A stretch of DNA of 64,000 nucleotides from Trypanosoma brucei (taxonomy: Eukaryota), in assembly GCA_000002445.1 (NCBI GenBank), contig CM000207.1, positions 512,001 through 576,000 of the forward strand, read 5' to 3'. The notes under the pieces were generated by a model, which searched no databases, had not been told where the DNA came from, and saw only the letters and a program-made list of their open reading frames with translations. Numbering within the stretch: position 1 is the stretch's first letter; each line of letters opens with the position of its first letter. Both the position numbers and the translations under genes were made by a program. Shown piece by piece: positions 53,401 through 62,300 of this stretch.

Positions 53401-53693
53401 TCAAGGGCACGCTTGACACAGCCGCCGCAATGCACAACAATCACATTCTGCTTCTCTTCCTCGCTGATCCACTTCCGCACAGCTTTGAACCACAGAACAA
53501 GACATTGAGACATGAAGAGCAGCGCGTATTGATTGTTGGACTGCTGAAGAATGGCACATATGATAGACTGGTCCGCTTCCGCCTTTGTAAGTTGTTCAAG
53601 TGATGCCTGCGCCCGCTGCCTGATTGAGGGATCCGGGCTCGAGTACATTTGTTCTGCGAGGCAATCAACCTCCGAGACACTGCTAGTCTGCAT
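50427..53693 (-). CDS. exportin-7 (RanBP16)-like importin-beta family nuclear transport receptor (1088 aa)
   Basis: The N-terminus matches the importin-beta N-terminal/XPO7 pattern: LAEQMYSSPDPSIRQRAQASLEQL compared with XPO7 [24 protein letters not shown], and ALLSAYAKLTKLAFEADP compared with ALIQLYARITKLGWFD. Length is about the same as human XPO7 (1087 aa). It is all-helical HEAT-like. ATG at 53691-53693. Confidence 0.7.
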   Translation of the reverse strand: MQTSSVSEVDCLAEQMYSSPDPSIRQRAQASLEQLTKAEADQSIICAILQQSNNQYALLFMSQCLVLWFKAVRKWISEEEKQNVIVVHCGGCVKRALENGAPKHVVSALLSAYAKLTKLAFEADPLLEGAVNYPIELLRHEADGTNMQLLGLMMLNALVVEFSKYDSSRSKTYLGFVAHRHCSGNFNEKCLLNILVEALKLLEKLTVNTPHITEIVKLVENCFSFDFRAIMVDDTEDLPFVHFPCAWKPTILSDQTLQTLWGQHAALPHPHCASLLSAISNICGTYRSFFETVEERLQYIEFTLTKLIQVTMLQDGRLKIPRYIETLAEAFRRVVLSLGYRELRQVAVFEQWVTAFQSISVDVLSITFGQEGSFSTATAVMAFWVALTTSKRRSYSEQCPQDIEVAVLPVLRAFLVARIHGADASGGDSFSLEDADGGLAEAVLAQSDAYANVCLLDPATYLGDFANYLNQQVGMSIFTSPLSTGWLFYIAGGVAWLVLFSMESSGIEPCSHVFAYARGCADHRRNHSGNPALFSSFVERGMLHFLTNMQSVITGARHGNLSAVVTNVFQDRGQLFQFVLDNVGHNLLRGPDSLDAVDIIRSSADVIVEACREAPPQLLRELSLELPPTSDLPLAQSEQTYKLRTNITKALWFVRSTGSYTRERMESYLSNVDFSMQRTVNNEVNSPSFIAGWVRDLRGACQALKEDQLSSLDFIDWFLSRYSVFVTIVDTAGDSPIVVTALMRFLCELVTPGKYGRLHISSSSNSAVGLMLFKHLCDLVEKVEKRTFSIDHLMALSSLSGSYNKVLKPWMLAMDIMKRCMEGSFVPFGAMLYYNDDTFERTTVDLLRKLALVGTNVFKEHGKFTVVAVDLLRLLVEENLYFCLRGLTGDELVGLINAVITVCEDVDTQSGVLVHGLGFLTFISGLVQEVRAIALSPSLRPTDTHGPDQSPAPFTQPFGSSRLSSPMPPVQQSIVSRPPRLATEVREHLARLLAPHDSVWQRLLSTAMNIIVFQDRAVNSSCAVVHHIFEAHPPFWFNYVEQLIMSFPEGKHATLREAFSVLTNAAETREKFFSEVFTLRQVLRRLGT

Positions 53694-53901
53694 TGTAAAA
53701 TAGATTTCTTTTCCTATTCTTCTTAAAAAGAGAACGGTTTTGTTTTGTTTACGGTGGGAAGGGAAGGGTGGCAGTAAAAGTTAGTGAAGCATTTTTCAAT
53801 CGTTTGCATTGTGTACATGTATGATTTCCTTTACTGCCCCTGACAGCGCGCACGGAAACAGGCAAATACAGACGGGGTGAGACCAGATACGTATTCGTAT
53901 C

Positions 53902-53926
53902 TATATATATATATATATATATATAT

Positions 53927-53966
<40 letters not shown>
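53902..53966. repeat. compound (TA)12-(TTTA)10 microsatellite
   Basis: Direct reading: tatatatatatatatatatatata then tttatttatttattta... Confidence 0.95.
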
Positions 53967-54603
53967 ATGAATAACTGGTGATAAAGAGAGGAATTACCCT
54001 AATTAGCAGCCCACGCGCTTTGGCTGCGTGTGCACACGTATGTTTGGTTACGCCACCAGTTCACCAACTTCGCACCTCAAATCCACTGACAGCACTAACC
54101 CACTGAGACCTATCAGGTTGTCGTGAACCCCTTCACTCCATTACCTTTTTTTTTTGATGGCATTGCCTGTGCTGGTGTTGCTGCTCCGTTTGTCTGCAAT
54201 GGCGGATATACATTTACCTTTCGACTGACATATTACTTTGCCGATGACCATTGTGGCTCTTACCTCACTCTCCCGCCAATAATACAACGGAACCACGCAA
54301 GTAAGACGGAAAGAAAAAAGGGAATAGAATAATTAGAATAAAGAAGATAGCACAACAAAACAGTAGTGTCTTATCACAATGAGAAGGAGAGACAGGAGTT
54401 TGCGTGCAGGTGTTGTAGCAAAACAGTCAAGCTCACGCGAAGCGCAATTTCTTTATAACAGTTTGCGGAGGAAACAGTGAGACTTCGCAACGGTATGCGA
54501 AATACACCCCGTAGTCGACACAACAAAGACGGTGGAGCAAATAAAAACATCAATGGTCAAAAAAGTGCGACTACGTCACCGATATCCCGGTGAGTGTTGT
54601 GAC

Positions 54604-55293
54604 TCAAGTGAAGGCGCTCGCGGTGAATGGCTCAATGTTTGTCTGTATCTGCATATTGAAGGCACGGGAGTTGGCTAGAGACGGATCCTCATCCATCGCA
54701 TCCCGCGCCGACAGCGGGAAAAATTTTACCACGTCAGCGTCAGATCCGATGATGTCTGCCCTCACAGTCCTACACAGGCGGCGAAGCAGTTCAGCGCTCG
54801 TCCGTGTTAAACAAAACGGGTTGCACAGCGCTGCAGATGCGGCCTCATACGTCGAGCGGCAGAGCGGCAGGACAGCATCAAGTGGAGCGTCGCCCACAAC
54901 TGCCAGTACGGTTCGGATGCCAGAGGCCGACTGAAAGCCGTAAGTAGTGAATGTGTAACTTCGTATGAGTTTCCCCAGAAAACGAACATCAGCTCCAGCT
55001 GTTACCCGCGCAGAACCTCTAGGAGAGGCAGAGCCGTCACCCGACTTCTCGACGTTGGCCATCTGCTGCTTCCGCCGTTCTTGAACAATCTCGTCGCACC
55101 GATCCAATGACGATAAGATGAGGACGTGTAGCCGCATAACATCCTCTTCTCCAACAAAAACGCCCCCACGACAAACCGCCGGTACGCCGCCATGTCCGCT
55201 GTTGGGAGAAGTAAATGTGCGGATGATAAGCGGTTTTCCGTCACCGCTAAAGAGCGCAAGGGCAGCCACAGCCCACGACTGAGCGGTGCTCAT
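54604..55293 (-). CDS. sedlin-like TRAPP subunit (TRAPPC2/TRAPPC2L family)
   Basis: Motifs TTYGFQSASGIRTVLAVVGD, SSLDRCDEIV and CNPFC match the TRAPPC2L pattern (YGYVTNSKVKFVMVVD, SLDVVDEKI, CNPFY). ATG at 55291-55293. Confidence 0.5.
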   Translation of the reverse strand: MSTAQSWAVAALALFSGDGKPLIIRTFTSPNSGHGGVPAVCRGGVFVGEEDVMRLHVLILSSLDRCDEIVQERRKQQMANVEKSGDGSASPRGSARVTAGADVRFLGKLIRSYTFTTYGFQSASGIRTVLAVVGDAPLDAVLPLCRSTYEAASAALCNPFCLTRTSAELLRRLCRTVRADIIGSDADVVKFFPLSARDAMDEDPSLANSRAFNMQIQTNIEPFTASAFT

Positions 55294-55741
55294 CCGGCTT
55301 CTTCTCTATAATCGCGTCTTTCGGTGCGTAACGCAACGCCACACTAGCTCTCCCTTACCCACCTCACCCTGACTTCTCTTCATTGTCATATATGCAGAGG
55401 GAAAAAGATATAAATACCAGTGGCAGACCCTCAGAACAGTAACTAGTACAGTTACAACAATAATGATAAATAAGCCCAGCAGTACCAGAGCAAACAACAG
55501 CGAGAAAGAGATAAGCGTGCGTCCGCCGTTCCGTTCCTCCTAAACTTCATCCTTTACACTCCGCTAAAGCATAACGGCCTACGTGCATGGTAAAGAGGGC
55601 TTTAGGAAGGGGTAGTCCCCGTACGAATCCCCCGACTTACTCTTGTGGTGTAGGAGTGCGGATGCTCCCCTCTTCACGTCTCCATTTAATCATAACCGTT
55701 TGTTTCGGATTGTGTGGAGGTCTAAAGGAATGGCCGCGTCC

Positions 55742-56050
55742 TTATGCGTCATTTAAAAGGGTTAAAGGAAGAAAAGGGGGGCGATTGAGAAAGAATGGTG
55801 CAGAAACTTCTGAAGTCCGAACGCGGAGATGTTCATCAAACAACAAACGCACGGACATACAGTGTGGAGCAGACAGCCACTGCGGTGATGGTGTGTGTGG
55901 CGAATCCAGGACGAAGTAGGAGCGCTCATGAGGGAAAGCGTCAACTCGGCGGAAGACATGGTTGGGATACTGTTTCAAGTTGTCCGTAAAGTCATATAGG
56001 AAAGACACATCCAAATCTTGCAGCCCTTTGACACCCAAATCATCCAACAT
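55742..56050 (-). CDS. small hypothetical ORF (first ATG of a TTG-initiated ORF-track call), doubtful
   Basis: Its 5' end overlaps an ~70-bp direct repeat. There are no domain hits. It is included only because it is the longest minus-strand ORF in this gap. Confidence 0.12.
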   Translation of the reverse strand: MLDDLGVKGLQDLDVSFLYDFTDNLKQYPNHVFRRVDAFPHERSYFVLDSPHTPSPQWLSAPHCMSVRLLFDEHLRVRTSEVSAPFFLNRPPFLPLTLLNDA

Positions 56051-56188
56051 ATCAAAGTAGTCGGTAGGGTAACACGGTACTGCTTTCAACGAAGCACGGA
56101 AAACGCCAGAACAAAAAGATCTTGCAGCCCTTTGACACCCAAATCATCCAACATATCAAAGCAGTCGGTAGGGTAACACGGTACTGCT
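56015..56188. repeat. imperfect direct repeat, 2 x ~70 bp separated by ~35 bp
   Basis: atcttgcagccctttgacacccaaatcatccaacatatcaaag[t/gc]agtcggtagggtaacacggtactgct appears at 56015-56084 and again at 56118-56188. Confidence 0.9.
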
Positions 56189-56679
56189 ACCTCTCCCTTT
56201 CTCAAACGACAAATGGCAACTGCATTTCCCCCCACAACGCAACATTCACTACACTACAGCAAACCTACCCAGAACAAGAGAGGAAAAAAGAGAAAAAAAA
56301 AGAGACGTGATGAAATGGAAAAGGGGCAGATAGTCAATGTTGGCACGCTAGGTAGAATCCACTACTTTCGGTTGCCTGTCAGAGTGTTAAGAGCCAATTA
56401 TACACCTAGGCCGTCAGAATGTGCAAATCGTACCGCGTATTTACCGTGAAAACACCCTCGGTGTGTAGCCAAGGTTCGATATGCGATTTAGGCGACAAAA
56501 CACCGTCAGTGAAGAGGTCACCCTGCTCTGCCGTCGCAATGATTCCCCGACCGCCATACATGGGTATGTGCACAACTCCATCGTTCGCTCATTCGGATGT
56601 TTTACCACACGCGAAATATGCGATACCATTGACCATCAGTGTGCGCAGTCGGTCAAGAATATCGTTGGTACCAATAGCT

Positions 56680-58710
56680 TTAAAATCCAGGTTTTATCCC
56701 CCTGGTCAGTGTGGGAAACCCCTTCGGCTGCACTTTAGCATTGTTGATCTCCAGCACATCGCCCATCTTTTGATACTCAAACCTTCGACTCTTCTTCCCA
56801 TACGTACCACGCAGTTGGTCCAACATTTTCTTTGCAGCCTCTTCACGGTGCCAGCGATTGGTTAACATGAAAGTGTGCGCCATGTCATCAATGTCACTAG
56901 TTGGGACTTGGTCCACATACGGCTCAGCGTAGAACCCTTCCCACTTCAGTTGATCCTCTGCTTCAGCGTCAGAGTTGAAGGTTACTGCATGCGACAGAGG
57001 CCGCTCAACAGGAAGCGTGTCGACTCTACTATTACTGGACGCAAGATATTCATCCATATGAGGGTTTGTTTGTCGATACAAATGACGCATGCGCTCAGCT
57101 ACCGTTGGCGAGTCGTCACCACTCCGCTCTCCTTTTTCCTGACATTCCACCATCAACTCCTCATCATGTTGTTGTTTCCTTCGCCTTTCCTCTTCCTCCC
57201 GCTGCATTGCGCTTGCCGCCAGAAGTTCTTCTCGTTTGCGACTCTTCGCCTCCTGTTGAACCTCCTCCACATACCTCACAAGCGCATCACCATCAAAATT
57301 GTACGGAAGCGCCAAAAGTCCGTTCGCCCAATCAATATCGACATCAGGGGAAAGAACGAAGGTCATTTCCGACCAATCCCATGGAGCGAGCGAGGGGCCT
57401 ATACGGAACAGTTCCTTTGACCATTGTAACCGCTCGGCGTACGTGCAATCGTTGCTGAAGGCGTCGACACCTCCTGGCTCAACCATAGTGCGAAATTCTT
57501 TCAGATGCCACAGTGTAGATTCCAACATTTGCTTGGACAGCTCATACAGACGCTGCTGCAGTGGAAGTTTAGGCGAGATTGCCTTTAACCATGGGCGCAG
57601 CTGCTCCGAGGTGAGGCTGCAGTTAATGATAACCACACCGTTGGCTCGTGTTGCATGACGGTTCCCCACCTCCAGCGTTAACTTGGACAGCCCGTACTGA
57701 ATCAACAGCTCCCTGTTGCGGTGAAGCAGCTCCATCAACCGCAAAGCATCTTGGTGACTGCACGAAACTAGAATGTCATCTAATTCCAGCGCTGTGCAAA
57801 GCTCGGCAATAAGTTGTTCGATAGTTGATGCGTATTGAGTGGCAACCTCACGGCAGTGGGCAACCCCTTTTTCGTTATGTGCCATGAAGCTGTGAAACTG
57901 CTCAGGGGTAAAATCCCATGGAATCGTTATTGTGCCAGTGAGGTCACCGATGCTAAATTGGTTCGATACAATGACTGGCATTGACTCCCATGCCGAGTAG
58001 TTCAGTTCCCCGAGGTGGCGCTGCAGTGTGCTCAGAGCGGCGGCGGACTGCAGTGGTGAAAGATCCCGAGAAAACAGAATTTGGTCGGCTTCAATGAGTT
58101 CCTGCAGTGTTGGAGCGGGTGTAAGGCTCCACTGTACAGTCATACTTTCCACCGCCTCGTCAAGCAACGATTTAGGCCCAGTTGGGGCGCCTCGGTGTTG
58201 ACTTCCTCTCGGCCGCCGCCTCAGTGGTTTTGCTTCCGCACGCGCCGCCGTGGCGTCCTCTGCCTCGGATATCGACTCTGTCACGGAATCAATGCAAGCG
58301 GCCCGGCGAAGCAAATCGCGCAGGAATTTATTCACCGCACGTTCCACCGTTCCACGGTGATTGTCACTTGGTGCGAAATTCGAAGGGAGTTCAAAGGTAG
58401 ATTGGATGATTGTTGGCGATAATGACCCATCTCCCATGCTGCGGCCCACAAGCGAAGAAACTGGGGAACCGGACCCCTCCCTTCTTGTCTCACCATTACC
58501 CATGTTGTCGTCAGGTTTCCTGTAGAATGTAAGTGTAAATGACGAAGAGGGTGGCGGTTGAAGATGGCCACTCTTGAATGCCTTGGCCCAACTGAGCAAC
58601 TCATTGAGGCGGGCAACAGAACTTTCATTAACCGTCTGTTGGCTACGGTTGTGGTGGAAAAAGTCAGGATGCACCTTCAAAAAAAAGGAATGAAGGGCCT
58701 TCTTGTACAT
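56680..58710 (-). CDS. hypothetical protein (676 aa) with N-terminal J-domain-like segment (HPD motif)
   Basis: ATG at 58708-58710. The N-terminus MYKKALHSFFLKVHPDFFHHN...VARLNELLSWAK resembles J-domain helices II-III with the HPD tripeptide. The rest is helical, with a Glu/Arg-rich stretch (REEEERRRKQQHDEE). Confidence 0.6.
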   Translation of the reverse strand: MYKKALHSFFLKVHPDFFHHNRSQQTVNESSVARLNELLSWAKAFKSGHLQPPPSSSFTLTFYRKPDDNMGNGETRREGSGSPVSSLVGRSMGDGSLSPTIIQSTFELPSNFAPSDNHRGTVERAVNKFLRDLLRRAACIDSVTESISEAEDATAARAEAKPLRRRPRGSQHRGAPTGPKSLLDEAVESMTVQWSLTPAPTLQELIEADQILFSRDLSPLQSAAALSTLQRHLGELNYSAWESMPVIVSNQFSIGDLTGTITIPWDFTPEQFHSFMAHNEKGVAHCREVATQYASTIEQLIAELCTALELDDILVSCSHQDALRLMELLHRNRELLIQYGLSKLTLEVGNRHATRANGVVIINCSLTSEQLRPWLKAISPKLPLQQRLYELSKQMLESTLWHLKEFRTMVEPGGVDAFSNDCTYAERLQWSKELFRIGPSLAPWDWSEMTFVLSPDVDIDWANGLLALPYNFDGDALVRYVEEVQQEAKSRKREELLAASAMQREEEERRRKQQHDEELMVECQEKGERSGDDSPTVAERMRHLYRQTNPHMDEYLASSNSRVDTLPVERPLSHAVTFNSDAEAEDQLKWEGFYAEPYVDQVPTSDIDDMAHTFMLTNRWHREEAAKKMLDQLRGTYGKKSRRFEYQKMGDVLEINNAKVQPKGFPTLTRGIKPGF

Positions 58711-58754
58711 TTTCCGTCGCTGCCACGGTCGTAATTGGATGGTACGCCCCCATC

Positions 58755-58803
58755 ACGACGCACCGAGAAAGAAAAAAAAAAGCAAATGAAAATGAGGAGG
58801 AGA
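58755..58803 (-). promoter_or_regulatory. coding-strand polypyrimidine tract immediately upstream of the ATG at 58710 (candidate trans-splice/polyadenylation coupling signal)
   Basis: +strand gagaaagaaaaaaaaaagcaaatgaaaatgaggaggagaataca equals a polyY run on the minus strand. In kinetoplastids such tracts direct spliced-leader addition at a downstream AG. Confidence 0.4.
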
Positions 58804-59370
58804 ATACACAAAGCACATCACTGACTTGGTGGACGCACTTAACCATCAATATAGTGCACATAATGGCACAATCGTTCGGTGGAAAAAAAAAAACATCCAA
58901 ATATGAATGTAGACCAATCCTTTGACAATGCACGCACTACTTCACGGTACCCCTCTTACCGGATGAACCCGGGCATCAAAAGACAATTTGAAAGACGGCG
59001 TACACTGCATATGGGGCAACAGCAAACGCCACCGGCCACGATGAGGAAAAAAAAAAGAAACACCGCAAACACACCAAAACAAATACTTCAATATTCAAAA
59101 TGACGAAACATCGCTATAAGCAAACTTCCTCGGAGACAGAATTATTTTCTGTTTAAAAAGTTATCACCCCACTGTGTCACGCTCTGACGTATTATAACCG
59201 CCTTTCTGCACATACTGATTCCCCTCATTCCCCCTCACAACACCTTTTACACATGCTAGTCTGCAATTATCTCCGCTTCTCAGTGGAGAGTAGAACGAGC
59301 ATAGTACAGGCGTAACACAAAGAAAAGGAAGTTTATTAGTATCGACGTAGCCTACCGGGTTCAATGACAT

Positions 59371-62300
59371 TTACGTATGTAGGGAACGAGCAGCCGCAGC
59401 AGCAGCTTGTCGTCTTTGTTCATTTATTGTGTCGCGAATCATTGAAACCGCACGTTCTCCCGCCTCGTGAATGGCGGTGACAGCTCTACGCGCCTTCGCT
59501 GCGCTCTTCAATGTGACACGCATTGTCACTTGGCGATTCAGAAGCTGAGCTGCCGTCGGCATCAATGTTAAAAACATTGAACCATTGCTGTGCTCCGCAC
59601 TGCCTACGGCCGAGATGGATGAATGTCGACTTATCACACTGTTTTCACCCGCTGCCATATTCATCTGTGAGTTACGGTTGCTGCACATGGAAGGTGCTCC
59701 TTCCTTCTTCCGTACAGTGGTCAATATCAGTTGTTGCAGCCGCTGCTCCAGCTCGGAAGTGGTGAGGCCCAAAGTCTCTGGGTCGTAGTGCCGCTCTACA
59801 TGAATAACCACATCGTTGCCACTGGTGTGCGTGTCGTTGGCCGCATTCCCTCCAACTTCGACAGAACACCTTACACCGCTCGCAATGGGGTGCACAAGCA
59901 CAAGGGATTTACGAGAGGAGACACGAAAGGCAGAGTGCTTCACAAAGTACACAACAAGGAAAACGTCCCATTCCACAGCAACTGTCACACACACACGCCC
60001 CCATTTACCTTTGCATATGCGGTTCTTGTGTCGTTGTCGCCTGTCCAAGAGAAGGGCACCGTGTGCAATCGCATTGTAGGAGAGGTATTGTAAACGACGG
60101 AGCTTTTCAGCGAAAACTGACTCCATGCTGGTGGCAATACTCTCGTCATTATCCTCTGTGCTATCTTGAGCGACACTGGGGGCACCGTTTGCCTCGTTTG
60201 GAAGTTGTGACACCAAGTCAAACTGCCTATTCACAGAAGAAGACAGCGAAGAGATTGTAGAGGGGGGTGAAGCCTCGTTGTTCGCAGCGGACTGAGCGGT
60301 AGCGACGGGCGCCTTCTGGGGGCCAACCGCTAGTGCGTGGTTCATGAGTTCAATCCGGGGTACCCTGCGACTTTCCGCGGGTTCTCTTGCCCCCATGTCC
60401 ACACCTTCACCCGACCTTCTGGGTTTCTTCGTGCTTTCAACTTCCTTGTCTGCATGCGGTAAACTAGGGTGGATGTCTTCACTTATCGTACCTTTGGTTG
60501 TCTTTCCCGAGTCCTTTCGGGTACGTTCTTGTGCCTTTGCTGCTGTTGATGGGGCCTCGACAAATGCATCCAAACTCTTCAAACCCGGAAGCATTAATTC
60601 CATTAACAGTCCATCTTCATCGTCATGGAAACAATGTACCAGCGCACTTATCGTACGGTACTTCTCCAGAACGCGTGGACGCACCTGCCCGGTTGTGTCA
60701 CGCTGCTGCAAATGCTTCTCAATAGATGAAACCGTGTTATATGTCGCCTTGGTGCTAAACATGCCTGCAAAGCGTGGGAACGCCGCTTCGCCTTCCTTCT
60801 GCTGCAGGTCCACCAGTCCGCTCGATACCGCCGCATGGGGAAAACTCGTTACCACGCGCAGCTGCATACCAGGAGGTGAACTATCAAACACCATGCGTAC
60901 AGATATTACAGCCGATGACGAACGCTCAGTCCTCAAAGAAAGTTTGGCTCCTGCTCCTTCGTTCCCGTTGCTTAGATTGGGGTTAGCCTTGCCTTCCAGG
61001 GTGTCTTGCAGGAACGACAGCACGTCAGCCTCCAGCTCACGTCTCGCCATCTCCCCAACCTTGTCGGAGCGGCTCAGTAACCTCCAACCGCAGCAAAGAA
61101 TACTCCCTTCCCGGTGTGGTAAAACAAAAAGATGTGCCTTCGTCCTCCCAGAAGGCGAGGAAGGCGAACGAACAGAGCGCTCTCCCTCCGCGTTAACGCC
61201 ATGAAGACCCGAAGATACGCTCCTGGGAGACATATCAAGGGAGGGCGGTACAGGTTCTATGGGATGTGGTATCGCTCCCTCCGCTACCGTTTTTTTCGGC
61301 AGCGTGCTAGCAGGTTTGACATTTATTTGCCCGTTAGACAAACCATGATTACTATGCAACGTTTCTCCCTCCTCATCTCTTCCTTTACTGCCTTTTGCCC
61401 TCTTCCTGATCCTCTCACCGGAAACAGCACCTTCCATATTTGAGAGTGAGGCCTCCTCCGCAGAAAAGCAAACGGAACCCCCAGATATTTGTGCTTCCCC
61501 GGTTTTCAGTTTCAACCGCCCCCTAGCAGAAGAAGAAATAGGTGAGGTAACGGCACACTGTTCCTCGTCGGGCATATCAGCAGCACCAACAAGCAGGTCG
61601 TTCAGGTCCTCCAGCAATTGGTCTTCCCGTCCGTGGTGAGTATGGACAAACGATTCCGCTGTTACGGAACCTAGGTATGCCCGGCGGTGAGAAGGAGCGG
61701 CATTCAAGACGCCTCGAGCCACCTCAACCATGTCTACACCATATACCTGCATTACCTTCGTGAACCGAGGGAAGGCGGTACCTCCATCGACTTGGCTAAC
61801 ACAACTACGCAAACGTTTTTCTAACGTGGACCGACTCTCATTCGACACAACGAGCAGTCTGCTGGTATTCCCCTCCGCATTGATATAGCCGCTGTCACAG
61901 CTCGTTTTGTCGTCGTCAGTTGGAGAGCGGGACGACGAGGTATCGACAAGTAACGTAACAGACTCGACTACCGCATCGTCGCAGTATCCATCTGGTGGTT
62001 GGAGGCACATCAAAAGATCTTTCTCAAGACGCGCACGCGCGTGCTCACCAACTGCATCGTCACGCCGCAGCAACGTCCAGCCGCGGCATATCGTGTCACC
62101 TGCCCGATGGTAATATCGCATAATGATATTCCGTTTGTTGCGGAACTTTAGCTTTCTCTGGAGAGTCGATGAACTCCTGCCCACTCGATTAGGTATTGTG
62201 CGCTTTTTCTTCGCTTGTAGTGCAGTGGTTGTGGTTCCATGAGGCGGCTCCGCATGCCGAGTTGGTGAGTGGAAGTGCGGCAATATGTCGCCTCCTTCGG

